Below, piece after piece: positions 27,836 to 36,137 of a stretch of DNA of 64,000 nucleotides. Position numbers and translations under genes: made by a program. The DNA is taken from the IMG/VR virus record IMGVR_UViG_3300037264_008423, positions 124,001-188,000 of that record; one strand, given 5' to 3'. The notes beneath the pieces are model-generated. The model was not told where the DNA came from. It searched no databases and saw only the letters and a program-made list of their open reading frames with translations. Numbering within the stretch: the stretch's first letter is position 1; every line of letters starts with the position of its first letter.

Positions 27836-28793
27836 CGACGGGGATGCTGCTGAACTCGCGCGCGTTAGCTTGGGTGATATAAAGGTTCTGATAAAGTCCG
27901 TATTTGACGGGGAGTTTAAATTCATTGGGTCTTGTTTTCCAGGTTTTGCACTTTCCGCTGACGCGCACCCGCTTGGGTTGCCCGGTGGTGTAGCGTTCCG
28001 TGCGGCTATAAAATTCCTGCCCGTAATGGGCGCTCATGCAGACGAGTTTGGTCACTTCCCCAGGGTAGGTGGGTTCGTCGGTTGAGAGGGTGCCGCCCAG
28101 GATGTCTTTGATGGATTCGTCGTCATCATCCAGTGACTCAACCAAGTCTCCAAGAAATATCGGGTGCGACAGCTTATGGATCTTCGCTTTCCGGCCCCAA
28201 CGCCGATAGGAGCCGTGGTCATAGTCCAATGGATAGCCTTGCAGGGCTTCTCCCGCGTTCAGGCGGTATTTTATTTCCCGCCAGGGACCAAAGCGCCTTG
28301 CGCTCCGGGTCGGATAGAGTCCCATAAGTCGCCAGGACTTGTCAAAAGAGCTGCCGTGCTTATTACCTTGGCGGCCAATTTCCCCCTCCTCCGTCACGGG
28401 GAAGTATTCGCTGCCATCGTAGATTTCATAGGCGATCTGGCGCGCGCGGGGAGCGACGCCGGAGATGTCCTTCAGGTCATAGTCTTCCTCCTCCTCGTCC
28501 TCTCTTAGCGCAGGCTTCTTAAGTGGATGCTTGAAGATGTCTTTCTGCGGATCGGGATCGTTTACTTTCTCAACCTCTTTTTTCAGGCGTTCAATCTCGT
28601 GACGGTTGCAGGTGACGCATTTGCGGTTGACTTCGGCCTCGCCGTAGCTGCGGAAAGCGCCGTGCAGGGTGCTGCAACCGGGGCAGCGGCAGGTGTAGAT
28701 GGGTCCGTTGCGCAGGCGCTTGACAAAGATGCCCGTGCCCTTTTCCTCCAGGGTGCCCAGCAGATTTTCAATGATGATGTCGGCGGCGCTCAT
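27810..28793 (-). CDS. Multi-module protein with two internal acidic-KD tags and an N-terminal Zn finger
   Basis: IIENLLGTLEE; CRCPGC..CVTC; LREDEEEEDYDLKDIS; LVESLDDDDESIKDIL. Confidence 0.8.
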   Translation of the reverse strand: MSAADIIIENLLGTLEEKGTGIFVKRLRNGPIYTCRCPGCSTLHGAFRSYGEAEVNRKCVTCNRHEIERLKKEVEKVNDPDPQKDIFKHPLKKPALREDEEEEDYDLKDISGVAPRARQIAYEIYDGSEYFPVTEEGEIGRQGNKHGSSFDKSWRLMGLYPTRSARRFGPWREIKYRLNAGEALQGYPLDYDHGSYRRWGRKAKIHKLSHPIFLGDLVESLDDDDESIKDILGGTLSTDEPTYPGEVTKLVCMSAHYGQEFYSRTERYTTGQPKRVRVSGKCKTWKTRPNEFKLPVKYGLYQNLYITQANAREFSSIPVDASGNPLR

Positions 28794-29569
28794 TCGTTCC
28801 AAATGGTTTTGCCGGTGAGTCCGTCTAAGAGCGCCACGTAGTCTCCATTCTGGTTGGTGACGACAACATACTGGCTGCCTTTAGGCATGCGTTCCCCCTG
28901 GACCATCGACTGGAGCTTGTCCGTGTCCTCGTAGCGCAAGTCGTCGTCCAGAGCCTCGGTCGCGACCCAAACGCCATAGTCGCTGCCATCGCCTGGATGC
29001 GAGCCGACGTAGGTGTAAGGCGGAGTGTGCTCTTCCAGCGCACTGATCAGGGTTTCCCAGCAAAACTCCGGGTCGGATTGCGCGATTTCCTCGGTGTAGT
29101 TCTGGCGCAGTTCCTCGGCTTCCTGGGGGGCGACCGATTCCAAGGCATCCAGAAAGGCGGGGATCAGGTCCTCTTCATGCATCGTGGCGTGGCTGATGGT
29201 GCCCAAGGGTAGATACCGTTTTTCCACGTAGTCCGGCAGGATGTCTTTGATATCATCCTCGTCCTCGACGCTCTCCACCAACTGCCAGCCGTGAGTGGGG
29301 TGTTGATAGAGCAGCGTGGCCATAACGCGGCGCGGTTCGCGGCTGCCGAACTGGCCATAGATGTAGGTTTCACCCTGGGGATTGGTGTGCTGAAAAGTGC
29401 CGGTGCAGCACAGGCCCAGGTGTTTAAATTTGCGCTCGATGGCCTGGTCAAGCATCTGGTTTTTCGTGAACTCGGCCCCGGCTTCGTCCGGCGCGGACAG
29501 ATCTTTCAGATCAAAGTCATCATCGTCGGATTCAAGTAGCGCCCGGAGAATTTCATTAATCCGTTTCAT
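28790..29569 (-). CDS. Two-module protein with acidic-KD tags
   Basis: MKRINEILRALLESDDDDFDLKDLS; LVESVEDEDDIKDIL; C-terminal LGTISHATM..EDLIPAF...GSHPGDGSDYGVW module. Confidence 0.8.
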   Translation of the reverse strand: MKRINEILRALLESDDDDFDLKDLSAPDEAGAEFTKNQMLDQAIERKFKHLGLCCTGTFQHTNPQGETYIYGQFGSREPRRVMATLLYQHPTHGWQLVESVEDEDDIKDILPDYVEKRYLPLGTISHATMHEEDLIPAFLDALESVAPQEAEELRQNYTEEIAQSDPEFCWETLISALEEHTPPYTYVGSHPGDGSDYGVWVATEALDDDLRYEDTDKLQSMVQGERMPKGSQYVVVTNQNGDYVALLDGLTGKTIWNE

Positions 29570-30248
29570 GGGGGTCTTGACTCCGATAATCACTTTGCTG
29601 CCAGGCCCAAAACTCAGGATCGTCCGGGTCAAAGTCCTGGAAGAAGGAAGCGTAAGGGTCGGAGCCGAAGCCCGTGGGGCGTGGCAACCCCTGTTCGCCG
29701 GAATCTTTGTGCTTGAGATGACCGGAGCGATAGTGTCGCGCACGCTCTTGGCCTACGGAGCCAGCGCGCATCTTGGGGTCCACGTGATACAGGCGGCGCT
29801 TGGCAGCCGAACTGATCTTCATGCTGTGCAGGAGCTGACGAAAGAGGGCGGATATTTCAGATTGGCGCTTGCGCTGAAAGTGGGGATAAGTGACATATTT
29901 ACCTTCCGGGTCATGCTCGCTGGGCCGGTAGTTATCAGGGTTTTCCTTCCATTCTGGCGATTTCCAGATCATGCCCCGCCAGTCCCGTATATGACCATTC
30001 GTCGTCGGAGACCACTGTTTTTTTGTCTCGTAGTAAACTCCCAGGCTTTTGTCCAAGTAGGCAACCGGCGTCAAAAACGAGATGAGGAAGGTGTAGCCCG
30101 GCATGTCCACCAGCTTCCAACGGCCAAACCGCTTGACCTGGGTTTTACCGGCAATGGGTGCCGCCTCCGGCTCGGCGATGTCCTTAACGCTGAAATCATC
30201 CTCGTCCGCCTCCAACAGGCGATTAATAATGGAGACGCAGAAGTGCAT
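29556..30248 (-). CDS. Tagged protein with S(F/Y)LTPVA domain
   Basis: IINRLLEADEDDFSVKDIA; ISFLTPVA...WSPTTNGHI. Confidence 0.8.
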   Translation of the reverse strand: MHFCVSIINRLLEADEDDFSVKDIAEPEAAPIAGKTQVKRFGRWKLVDMPGYTFLISFLTPVAYLDKSLGVYYETKKQWSPTTNGHIRDWRGMIWKSPEWKENPDNYRPSEHDPEGKYVTYPHFQRKRQSEISALFRQLLHSMKISSAAKRRLYHVDPKMRAGSVGQERARHYRSGHLKHKDSGEQGLPRPTGFGSDPYASFFQDFDPDDPEFWAWQQSDYRSQDPHETD

Positions 30249-30757
30249 TAAAAGTCGGAGGAGCTAATGCGCTCGTCGCTGGCTGATTTGCAAAACGGCA
30301 TTTTGTTCCAGGGCACCCTGGTCGCGGCGGACGCTTGGCGTTTCGACCAGCGCACGTGCTGGGCCAGCTCCTTGAACCGCTGCAAAAGTTCGTCCTGGGG
30401 CATCCGGGGATAGCGGGGTTCCACTTCGCTCCAGCGGCGGTAGCCGCCTGCGGGTCCCATGCCAATCTCATTGAGCCACTTGACCACGTGCCGCCAGGTC
30501 GCGTTGGACCAGTAGCGGTCCGTGATGACCACGCCTTTGCCCGGCTCATACATGGCCACGGGGGTCAGGTAGGAGACGCAGAATTGGCGCTGGCCGATGG
30601 TCACGTTGGCCCACCGGTCGAAGCGTTCCACGCGGCCTTCCTCGTGCGAAGGCTCAGGCGGCTCGTTGGGATCACCGCCGAGGATGTCCTTAATCGTCTC
30701 CTCATCCTCGCCGTTGTCTTCCAACAGCGCCTCAACCAGATCCTCGATCTCTTTCAT
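30248..30757 (-). CDS. Tagged protein with S(F/Y)LTPVA domain (paralogue of neighbour)
   Basis: LVEALLEDNGEDEETIKDILGG; VSYLTPVA...WSNATWRHV. Confidence 0.8.
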   Translation of the reverse strand: MKEIEDLVEALLEDNGEDEETIKDILGGDPNEPPEPSHEEGRVERFDRWANVTIGQRQFCVSYLTPVAMYEPGKGVVITDRYWSNATWRHVVKWLNEIGMGPAGGYRRWSEVEPRYPRMPQDELLQRFKELAQHVRWSKRQASAATRVPWNKMPFCKSASDERISSSDF

Positions 30758-31365
30758 CTTACGGCGGTGACCGGCACGGGTGTCCGCTGCGGATTCTGTG
30801 GCACCAGGCCCAGTTCTTCTTGGGAGTAAACGCTGTCACCCTGGGGTTTCTGCTGGTCGGGCGCGAAGCCCACTTGAAACCGGCCATCGGGCATTCGCTT
30901 CTCGATGACGCCATTGGCTTTAACGCCCTGGCGCGCCACAGTCACCGGCACTCCCACCGCGTAGGGTTCAGGCGGTTGGCCGCTGGCGGGATTGGGCATG
31001 GCGATGCTGATCAAACCCGGCGCGGGTTTTCCCGTGGCGGGAGCGGCCACTTCACTCAGGACGTGGCGGCGGCGGGTGTGCAGCACGGCCAAGTCATGGC
31101 TCTCCGCGACGGGCAGCGCCTCCGGCGTGTATTGCTCCGGTTTGACCTGGGCCAGTTGGCGCATGGACTCAATGACACCCAGGTCATTGGTCACCCGCAG
31201 GAAACCGGAATCTTCCAAGTCGGGCAGCAGCCAGCGCCGTTTAAGGGCCTCCGCCACGCCTTCCACCCCGATGGCTGACCGAATTTCTCCAGGCAGAACA
31301 ATGGGGTTCATGCGGTTGCGCCGATCCAACAGGGATTTGGCGATTTCAGGGGGTGTCATATTCAT
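30754..31365 (-). CDS. Hypothetical protein
   Basis: 203 aa, ATGA-coupled. Confidence 0.75.
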   Translation of the reverse strand: MNMTPPEIAKSLLDRRNRMNPIVLPGEIRSAIGVEGVAEALKRRWLLPDLEDSGFLRVTNDLGVIESMRQLAQVKPEQYTPEALPVAESHDLAVLHTRRRHVLSEVAAPATGKPAPGLISIAMPNPASGQPPEPYAVGVPVTVARQGVKANGVIEKRMPDGRFQVGFAPDQQKPQGDSVYSQEELGLVPQNPQRTPVPVTAVR

Positions 31366-31371
31366 ACTTAT

Positions 31372-31962
31372 CTATACTTTTCGCGCTAGCTCTTTGTCTA
31401 TGGCTTTGTCCGCGCCCAGGTCTTCTTCCGCTTCCGATCCAAGATCGCCTGCCAGCCCCTCCTCGGATTCCGCGTCCAGCGCGCCGGGAGCGTCCTCTTC
31501 CGGCCCGAAATCAGGACTCATGGGCGGAGCGCCCCGGCCCAGTCCACCGGCCATCGGGTCCAGTTGGTTGGTATCGATGCCACGGGGTAGTTCCTCTTCG
31601 GAGGCAATGAGTCGCCGTAGCTGGTTCAGCAGGGAGGAAAAATAGTTGCGCAACGGCCACTTGGCGGAAGATTGCTGCTCGGCGGCGGCTTTTAGAGGTT
31701 CCAACTCGTCGATGTTGATGGAACCGGTAATCTCGTTGTCCCGCCAGGTGTTTAAAAAAGCCCGGATGCGGTCGGCGTTCTCGAAATTTCGGGCGGCTTC
31801 TTGATCGTCGAGCTTTTGTTGAAGCTGGTTTTCGATGGTGCCATACCAGGAAACTATCGCCTGGCCGGAGAATGCTTCCAGCAGGGGCGGCAGCACATTC
31901 TCCAACGTCCTGAGCGTGCCCAGGCTCTCGTAATCATGGTAGGTTTTCATTAGGGTCATCAT
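31372..31962 (-). CDS. Hypothetical protein with acidic C-terminus
   Basis: 196-aa ORF. Confidence 0.75.
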   Translation of the reverse strand: MMTLMKTYHDYESLGTLRTLENVLPPLLEAFSGQAIVSWYGTIENQLQQKLDDQEAARNFENADRIRAFLNTWRDNEITGSINIDELEPLKAAAEQQSSAKWPLRNYFSSLLNQLRRLIASEEELPRGIDTNQLDPMAGGLGRGAPPMSPDFGPEEDAPGALDAESEEGLAGDLGSEAEEDLGADKAIDKELARKV

Positions 31963-33139
31963 CGTCAGGCAACGGAGGTAGCGCAGGTAATCCCGTTTTA
32001 GGAGCGGGTAAACCGTTAGGGTTTTCCCGGTGCCAGCGTTCCCGCTCGGAGGCGCTCATGCCCAGGTAGGTCATGGGCGCGAATTTGCGTCCCGAAGGCG
32101 CAGCGGGGGGTGGCTCGCTCAAAAACTCTTCAGCAGACCCCGCCTGGCCTCCCTGCGCGCTCGCACCAAAGGCTTCACTCTGAACGCGGCGCTTGACTTG
32201 CTTGTTGACAATGGGCTGCTTGACGGTCCATTGCTTGGGCATGGCAAATTTAGTGCCCCTGCCGTAGGGCGCTGGTTTCTTAATAATGCCAGCTCCCGCG
32301 ATCCCCTGGGGTCCGCCGTCCACGGTGCCCATGCTGCCCGTGGTGGTCATCTCCTGGAGGCCCCCTTCCTTGATACCCATCTTTTTTAGAAACTTAGCTT
32401 TTTTTCCCTGATATTGAGCACGGTCTTGGGACTTGTTCACAGCGGCCAGGGAGCCGCGTTTAAAGGTGCCTTTTTTAACGGGCTGCATCGCCTGCTTGTC
32501 GGCTTGAGCTTCGGGCAAGTCGAGCAAGTCATCCACGTTGACATCATCCATTTTTAGGCTGTCGTGGATGGCTTTCTCCGGCGTCTCGCCCTGTTTGGGT
32601 TTGCCGACCCCCGCTTGGCGCTGGCCCATTTCACCATCGTCGGTTTCGACCGGATTCAGCTCGTCGCTGCGGTCCAGCGGTTCGGTCGCAAATTCTCTCG
32701 CCTGCTGGTTGATGGCCTTGACCTTTTGGTCCGGTTTGTCCTTGTCGCCCGTGTCCACGGTGGTGATTTCCAGAAAACGAACTCGATATTCGGCAGGTTC
32801 GCTGGTCATGGCGGCATCGCCAGGCTTGGTGACCACCCAGCCCATCTCCGCCAGCTTATGCATGGCTTCGGCGGTGCCCAGGACGGTCAGGATGTCGCTG
32901 TAACGTTCGCGGTTATCCGTGCAAAGGCAGAATCCCTCCGGGTCCATCTGGAGATCGGAGTCACTGATGCCGAACTCGCTCAGGGCCTTGGCTAAAGGCG
33001 TTTTCTTGGCCTTCAACTCGCCTTCCACTTCATCGGCGGCGGCCTCGAACAATTGCTCCAGGTTTTCCGCCAGATTCGTTTCCACCGAATCCGACTCAGC
33101 CGACTCCAGGAACAGGAAGCTTAGCAAATTCTTTTTCAT
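31934..33139 (-). CDS. Acidic/low-complexity protein, possible prohead core or scaffold-like
   Basis: Start MKKNLLSFLFLES after GTAGTTA; multiple hydrophobic-x-E sites (FLES, LFEA, LQEM). Confidence 0.7.
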   Translation of the reverse strand: MKKNLLSFLFLESAESDSVETNLAENLEQLFEAAADEVEGELKAKKTPLAKALSEFGISDSDLQMDPEGFCLCTDNRERYSDILTVLGTAEAMHKLAEMGWVVTKPGDAAMTSEPAEYRVRFLEITTVDTGDKDKPDQKVKAINQQAREFATEPLDRSDELNPVETDDGEMGQRQAGVGKPKQGETPEKAIHDSLKMDDVNVDDLLDLPEAQADKQAMQPVKKGTFKRGSLAAVNKSQDRAQYQGKKAKFLKKMGIKEGGLQEMTTTGSMGTVDGGPQGIAGAGIIKKPAPYGRGTKFAMPKQWTVKQPIVNKQVKRRVQSEAFGASAQGGQAGSAEEFLSEPPPAAPSGRKFAPMTYLGMSASERERWHRENPNGLPAPKTGLPALPPLPDDDDPNENLP

Positions 33140-33252
33140 GCCTTTAACTGTCGTAACTACAATCTGCCCCGCCCTGCCATCGGCGCTCGGTTTTGTAAAC
33201 AATTAGCGGCTTGCTTTGTGCCTACAAGCATATGGATGCTGTTTTGGATTTA

Positions 33253-33281
33253 TTGACAGGTATTATACGCTCTGGTAGATC
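33253..33281 (+). promoter_or_regulatory. Sigma70-like promoter of the HNH gene
   Basis: TTGACA-N17-TAGATC, 9 nt before ATG; weak -10. Confidence 0.4.
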
Positions 33282-33290
33282 ATATAGTAT

Positions 33291-33860
33291 ATGCAAGCCA
33301 CTAAGCTGACGTTTGTGAAATCGCTCGGTGTCAACAACTATCATCAAAGGGTGTCCCTTTGGCGTTGTGAGTGTGGGCGAGAAAAAGCGATTATCCACAG
33401 CCGGGCGGTTAGAGGTGCGACTAAGAGCTGCGGCTGTCTTCAGCGCGAAGCTCTGGCCAAAACAGTTGCGATTTATCGCAGGAAACCTTACGGCGAATCC
33501 TGTTTCAATAGTCTGTTTGGACTTTACCGGGCAGGAGCTAAAAGGCGCGGCTTCTGCTTTGATCTTACTCCGAATGAGTTTGCGAAACTTGTAGCGCAAC
33601 CGTGCTTTTACTGCGGGTGCCAGCCCAGTTCCAAACACCGTAGAAGTAGCTGCTACGGAGAATTTGTTTACAGCGGCATTGACAGAGTGAAAAACACGGT
33701 CGGTTATACCTTGGAAAATTGCGTTCCGTGCTGCCAGATTTGCAACAATGCGAAACGGACTCTCAGCTTGGTAGAATTTGTAGAATGGATTACGCGGATA
33801 CACAGGCACATTAATAGGTCCGGCGTCTTGGAAAAATTAAAGCATCTGACCACCACCTAG
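33291..33860 (+). mobile_element. Free-standing HNH homing endonuclease
   Basis: WRCECG...TKSCGC N-terminus; CFYCG; GIDRVKNTVGYTLENCVPCCQICNNAK; AT-richer, antisense to its neighbours. Confidence 0.85.
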
Positions 33861-35463
33861 GAAACATATGACTGCACCTGTCATAAAGTGATAGGAAATC
33901 AGAATCTAGGATATACGTTTGACCAACATCAGTGTCGCTTCTTACTATTCTACCGCAGGCTTGAATGATACTTTTAACGGCTTCCATGTCATACCAACTG
34001 GCGTCCATCTCTTTTTTGGCGGCGACTTGCCGGTCGCCCAGGTAGGGGTAAGGAACCTTGGCAATGATCTGCCAGCGCGCCAATTCCTCGGCAAAATCAA
34101 AGCCCTCGGTCATGGAGGGGCTGATGATGACCGTGGGTTCGTCGATGAACTTGTGCTGGCGAAAGGCGCTGTCCCGGTCGTCCGAACTGGTGGGAAAAAT
34201 CAGGCGGGGGCCGTGAGGCGTGGACCGGAGCGCCTGGTATATGACTTGGCCCAGCTCGTAGCTGTTGCAGTGGATGATGCCCTTGGTGTCAGGGTGACAT
34301 TCGAGGATTTTTTGAGAGAATCGGAGGAAGGCAGGCAGGGTCTCGCTGCGATTGCGACGGCTCATGGAGCCGATTGTGGTCAGGAAGATGGGCCGATTGG
34401 CAATCGGGAACGTGCTATTCAGATTAAGCCAGGCCACATCGTTAGGGTCAAGACCCAAGCTTCGGCAAAACACGGGCTTACTGCCGGGATAGGCGCTCAT
34501 AAATACGCGGATATGGCCCATCTCCAGGATCAGTTTTTGGCTAAAGGGGGCGGCGTCCAGGGGCTTCGCTATCGCTTCCATAGCGCCGTGCCGGTTCGGT
34601 TCCTGCCAGAATACCCAGTTACCAGGGTCGTCGTGGATCAGCTTGGCTCCCTGTAAAGTCTTGCCGTAGTGCGTTTCCAGATCCAGCTTCTCTTGGGCGA
34701 TTTTGCGGTCTTCCGGCGAGTCCGCGGTCGGTTCCCAACCGGCGAGCGCCTCCAACCGGGTGCTCAGGATGGGCAGATACCGGGCGAGAAGCCATTCGGA
34801 AAAGTGAATGACACTATCAAAGCCAGGCACCGACTTAATCGTGGGGGTCCACCGGCCCAAAGTTTCCTGGGTGAGGCTAACCTCCGCAAACTTAAGGATT
34901 TGCCTCTCCAGGGAATGGCACTCATCCAGGACCAGGACTTTGCGCGGCAGCATCCGGCCCACATTTTGGTGCTCGGTGAACAAGTAGGGGTAGTTGGTGA
35001 CCGACATCGTGGCTTTGGACCAGGCGTTGCGCGCCCGGATGTAGGCGCAGGAACCGTCCCGCACGCAGGCGCATTTGGTCTTGCGGCTGAGTCCATAGGC
35101 GCAAGTGCCGAAGTTCAGGCACTTATACTCCGAGGAGGACTTGATCGACCGGCACAGCAGATCCGCATGGGGGACGATATAGCGGCTGATATCGTTTTGC
35201 ATCTGGTCCTGGAGCATTTTTTGCGTGACCAGGTAGTAGCCGCCGTTATCGCCGGGGACCTCCTGGGTCTGCGCCCAAAAGCAGCACGTAGCCCCGATAG
35301 CGGACTTGCCGATCCCAGTGGGAGCGGCGATGACGATGTTCAGGAAGCCCTCGCTGACCTTGCGCTCAATATACTCCAGGGAGGAAACCTGCTTGGCACG
35401 CGGTTCTCTGAGCACAAAGTGCCGCATGATTTCGGAAGCGGTTGCTGGTGCGTTTACATTCAC
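33811..35463 (-). CDS. DinG/XPD-like superfamily 2 helicase
   Basis: APTGIGKS, VLDECH, MSA, SPSMTEGFDF, KVPYP, QACGRIVRS; GTG start 8 nt after GTTCT. Confidence 0.9.
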   Translation of the reverse strand: MNVNAPATASEIMRHFVLREPRAKQVSSLEYIERKVSEGFLNIVIAAPTGIGKSAIGATCCFWAQTQEVPGDNGGYYLVTQKMLQDQMQNDISRYIVPHADLLCRSIKSSSEYKCLNFGTCAYGLSRKTKCACVRDGSCAYIRARNAWSKATMSVTNYPYLFTEHQNVGRMLPRKVLVLDECHSLERQILKFAEVSLTQETLGRWTPTIKSVPGFDSVIHFSEWLLARYLPILSTRLEALAGWEPTADSPEDRKIAQEKLDLETHYGKTLQGAKLIHDDPGNWVFWQEPNRHGAMEAIAKPLDAAPFSQKLILEMGHIRVFMSAYPGSKPVFCRSLGLDPNDVAWLNLNSTFPIANRPIFLTTIGSMSRRNRSETLPAFLRFSQKILECHPDTKGIIHCNSYELGQVIYQALRSTPHGPRLIFPTSSDDRDSAFRQHKFIDEPTVIISPSMTEGFDFAEELARWQIIAKVPYPYLGDRQVAAKKEMDASWYDMEAVKSIIQACGRIVRSDTDVGQTYILDSDFLSLYDRCSHMFPRWWSDALIFPRRRTY

Positions 35464-35514
35464 AGGCAGACAGAACGGGTTTTTCGTAAGCAATTTTAAT
35501 CTGGTATGTAGTTT

Positions 35515-35922
35515 ATGGCGAATATTCGATTTAGCTATGCCAATGAGCGTTTTTTAAGCGGACAGCTCAATTGGCTGGCGCAGACCTTCCGAGTGGTGAT
35601 GGTCGATACCACCATTTACCAGGTCCAGGCTACGGTTCACCGGCATTTGGCCGACGTGCCGCTGACCGCTCGAATCCACGTCTCTCCCCCCTTGACGGGA
35701 ATGACCGCGACCGGGGGCCGGGCGATGGCGGATAACGTAACCACCAGCGTCGTGATCGGTCCCACGGTGCAGGCTGTGATCATTTTTCATGACACCGGCG
35801 ACGCAAGCACTTCCGAGCTGATCGTTTACCTGGACACATTGTATGGGCTGCCTTACCACCCGCAGGGCGAACCCGTGGTTATCCACTGGGATACCGGACC
35901 CAACGGGATCTTCCTACTATAG
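35515..35922 (+). CDS. Virion structural (tail-associated) protein
   Basis: FLSGQLNW...DTG..STSELIVYLD...GLP..P.G..V.I.WD.G.NGIF.L pattern typical of phage tail proteins. Confidence 0.7.
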   Translation: MANIRFSYANERFLSGQLNWLAQTFRVVMVDTTIYQVQATVHRHLADVPLTARIHVSPPLTGMTATGGRAMADNVTTSVVIGPTVQAVIIFHDTGDASTSELIVYLDTLYGLPYHPQGEPVVIHWDTGPNGIFLL

Positions 35923-35939
35923 CCGGTAAAGCCCCGATT

Positions 35940-36137
35940 ATGAAGCTTAAATATCCTTTACGGGTTGGATCGAGCCTGCTGGCGGCTGGCACGGAATTGC
36001 GCCCGGCCTCGCTGGAGGAAACACAAAAAGTCTGGCCTGGGATCAGCTATCAACCGGGGAGCAAGCAAGTGGCGGCTTGGCTTCCCCTGGAAACAGACCA
36101 TCCCATTATTTTGCACCGGATACAGGTTGACTTATGA
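35940..36137 (+). CDS. Small hypothetical protein
   Basis: 65 aa, ATGA-coupled to the baseplate gene. Confidence 0.6.
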   Translation: MKLKYPLRVGSSLLAAGTELRPASLEETQKVWPGISYQPGSKQVAAWLPLETDHPIILHRIQVDL

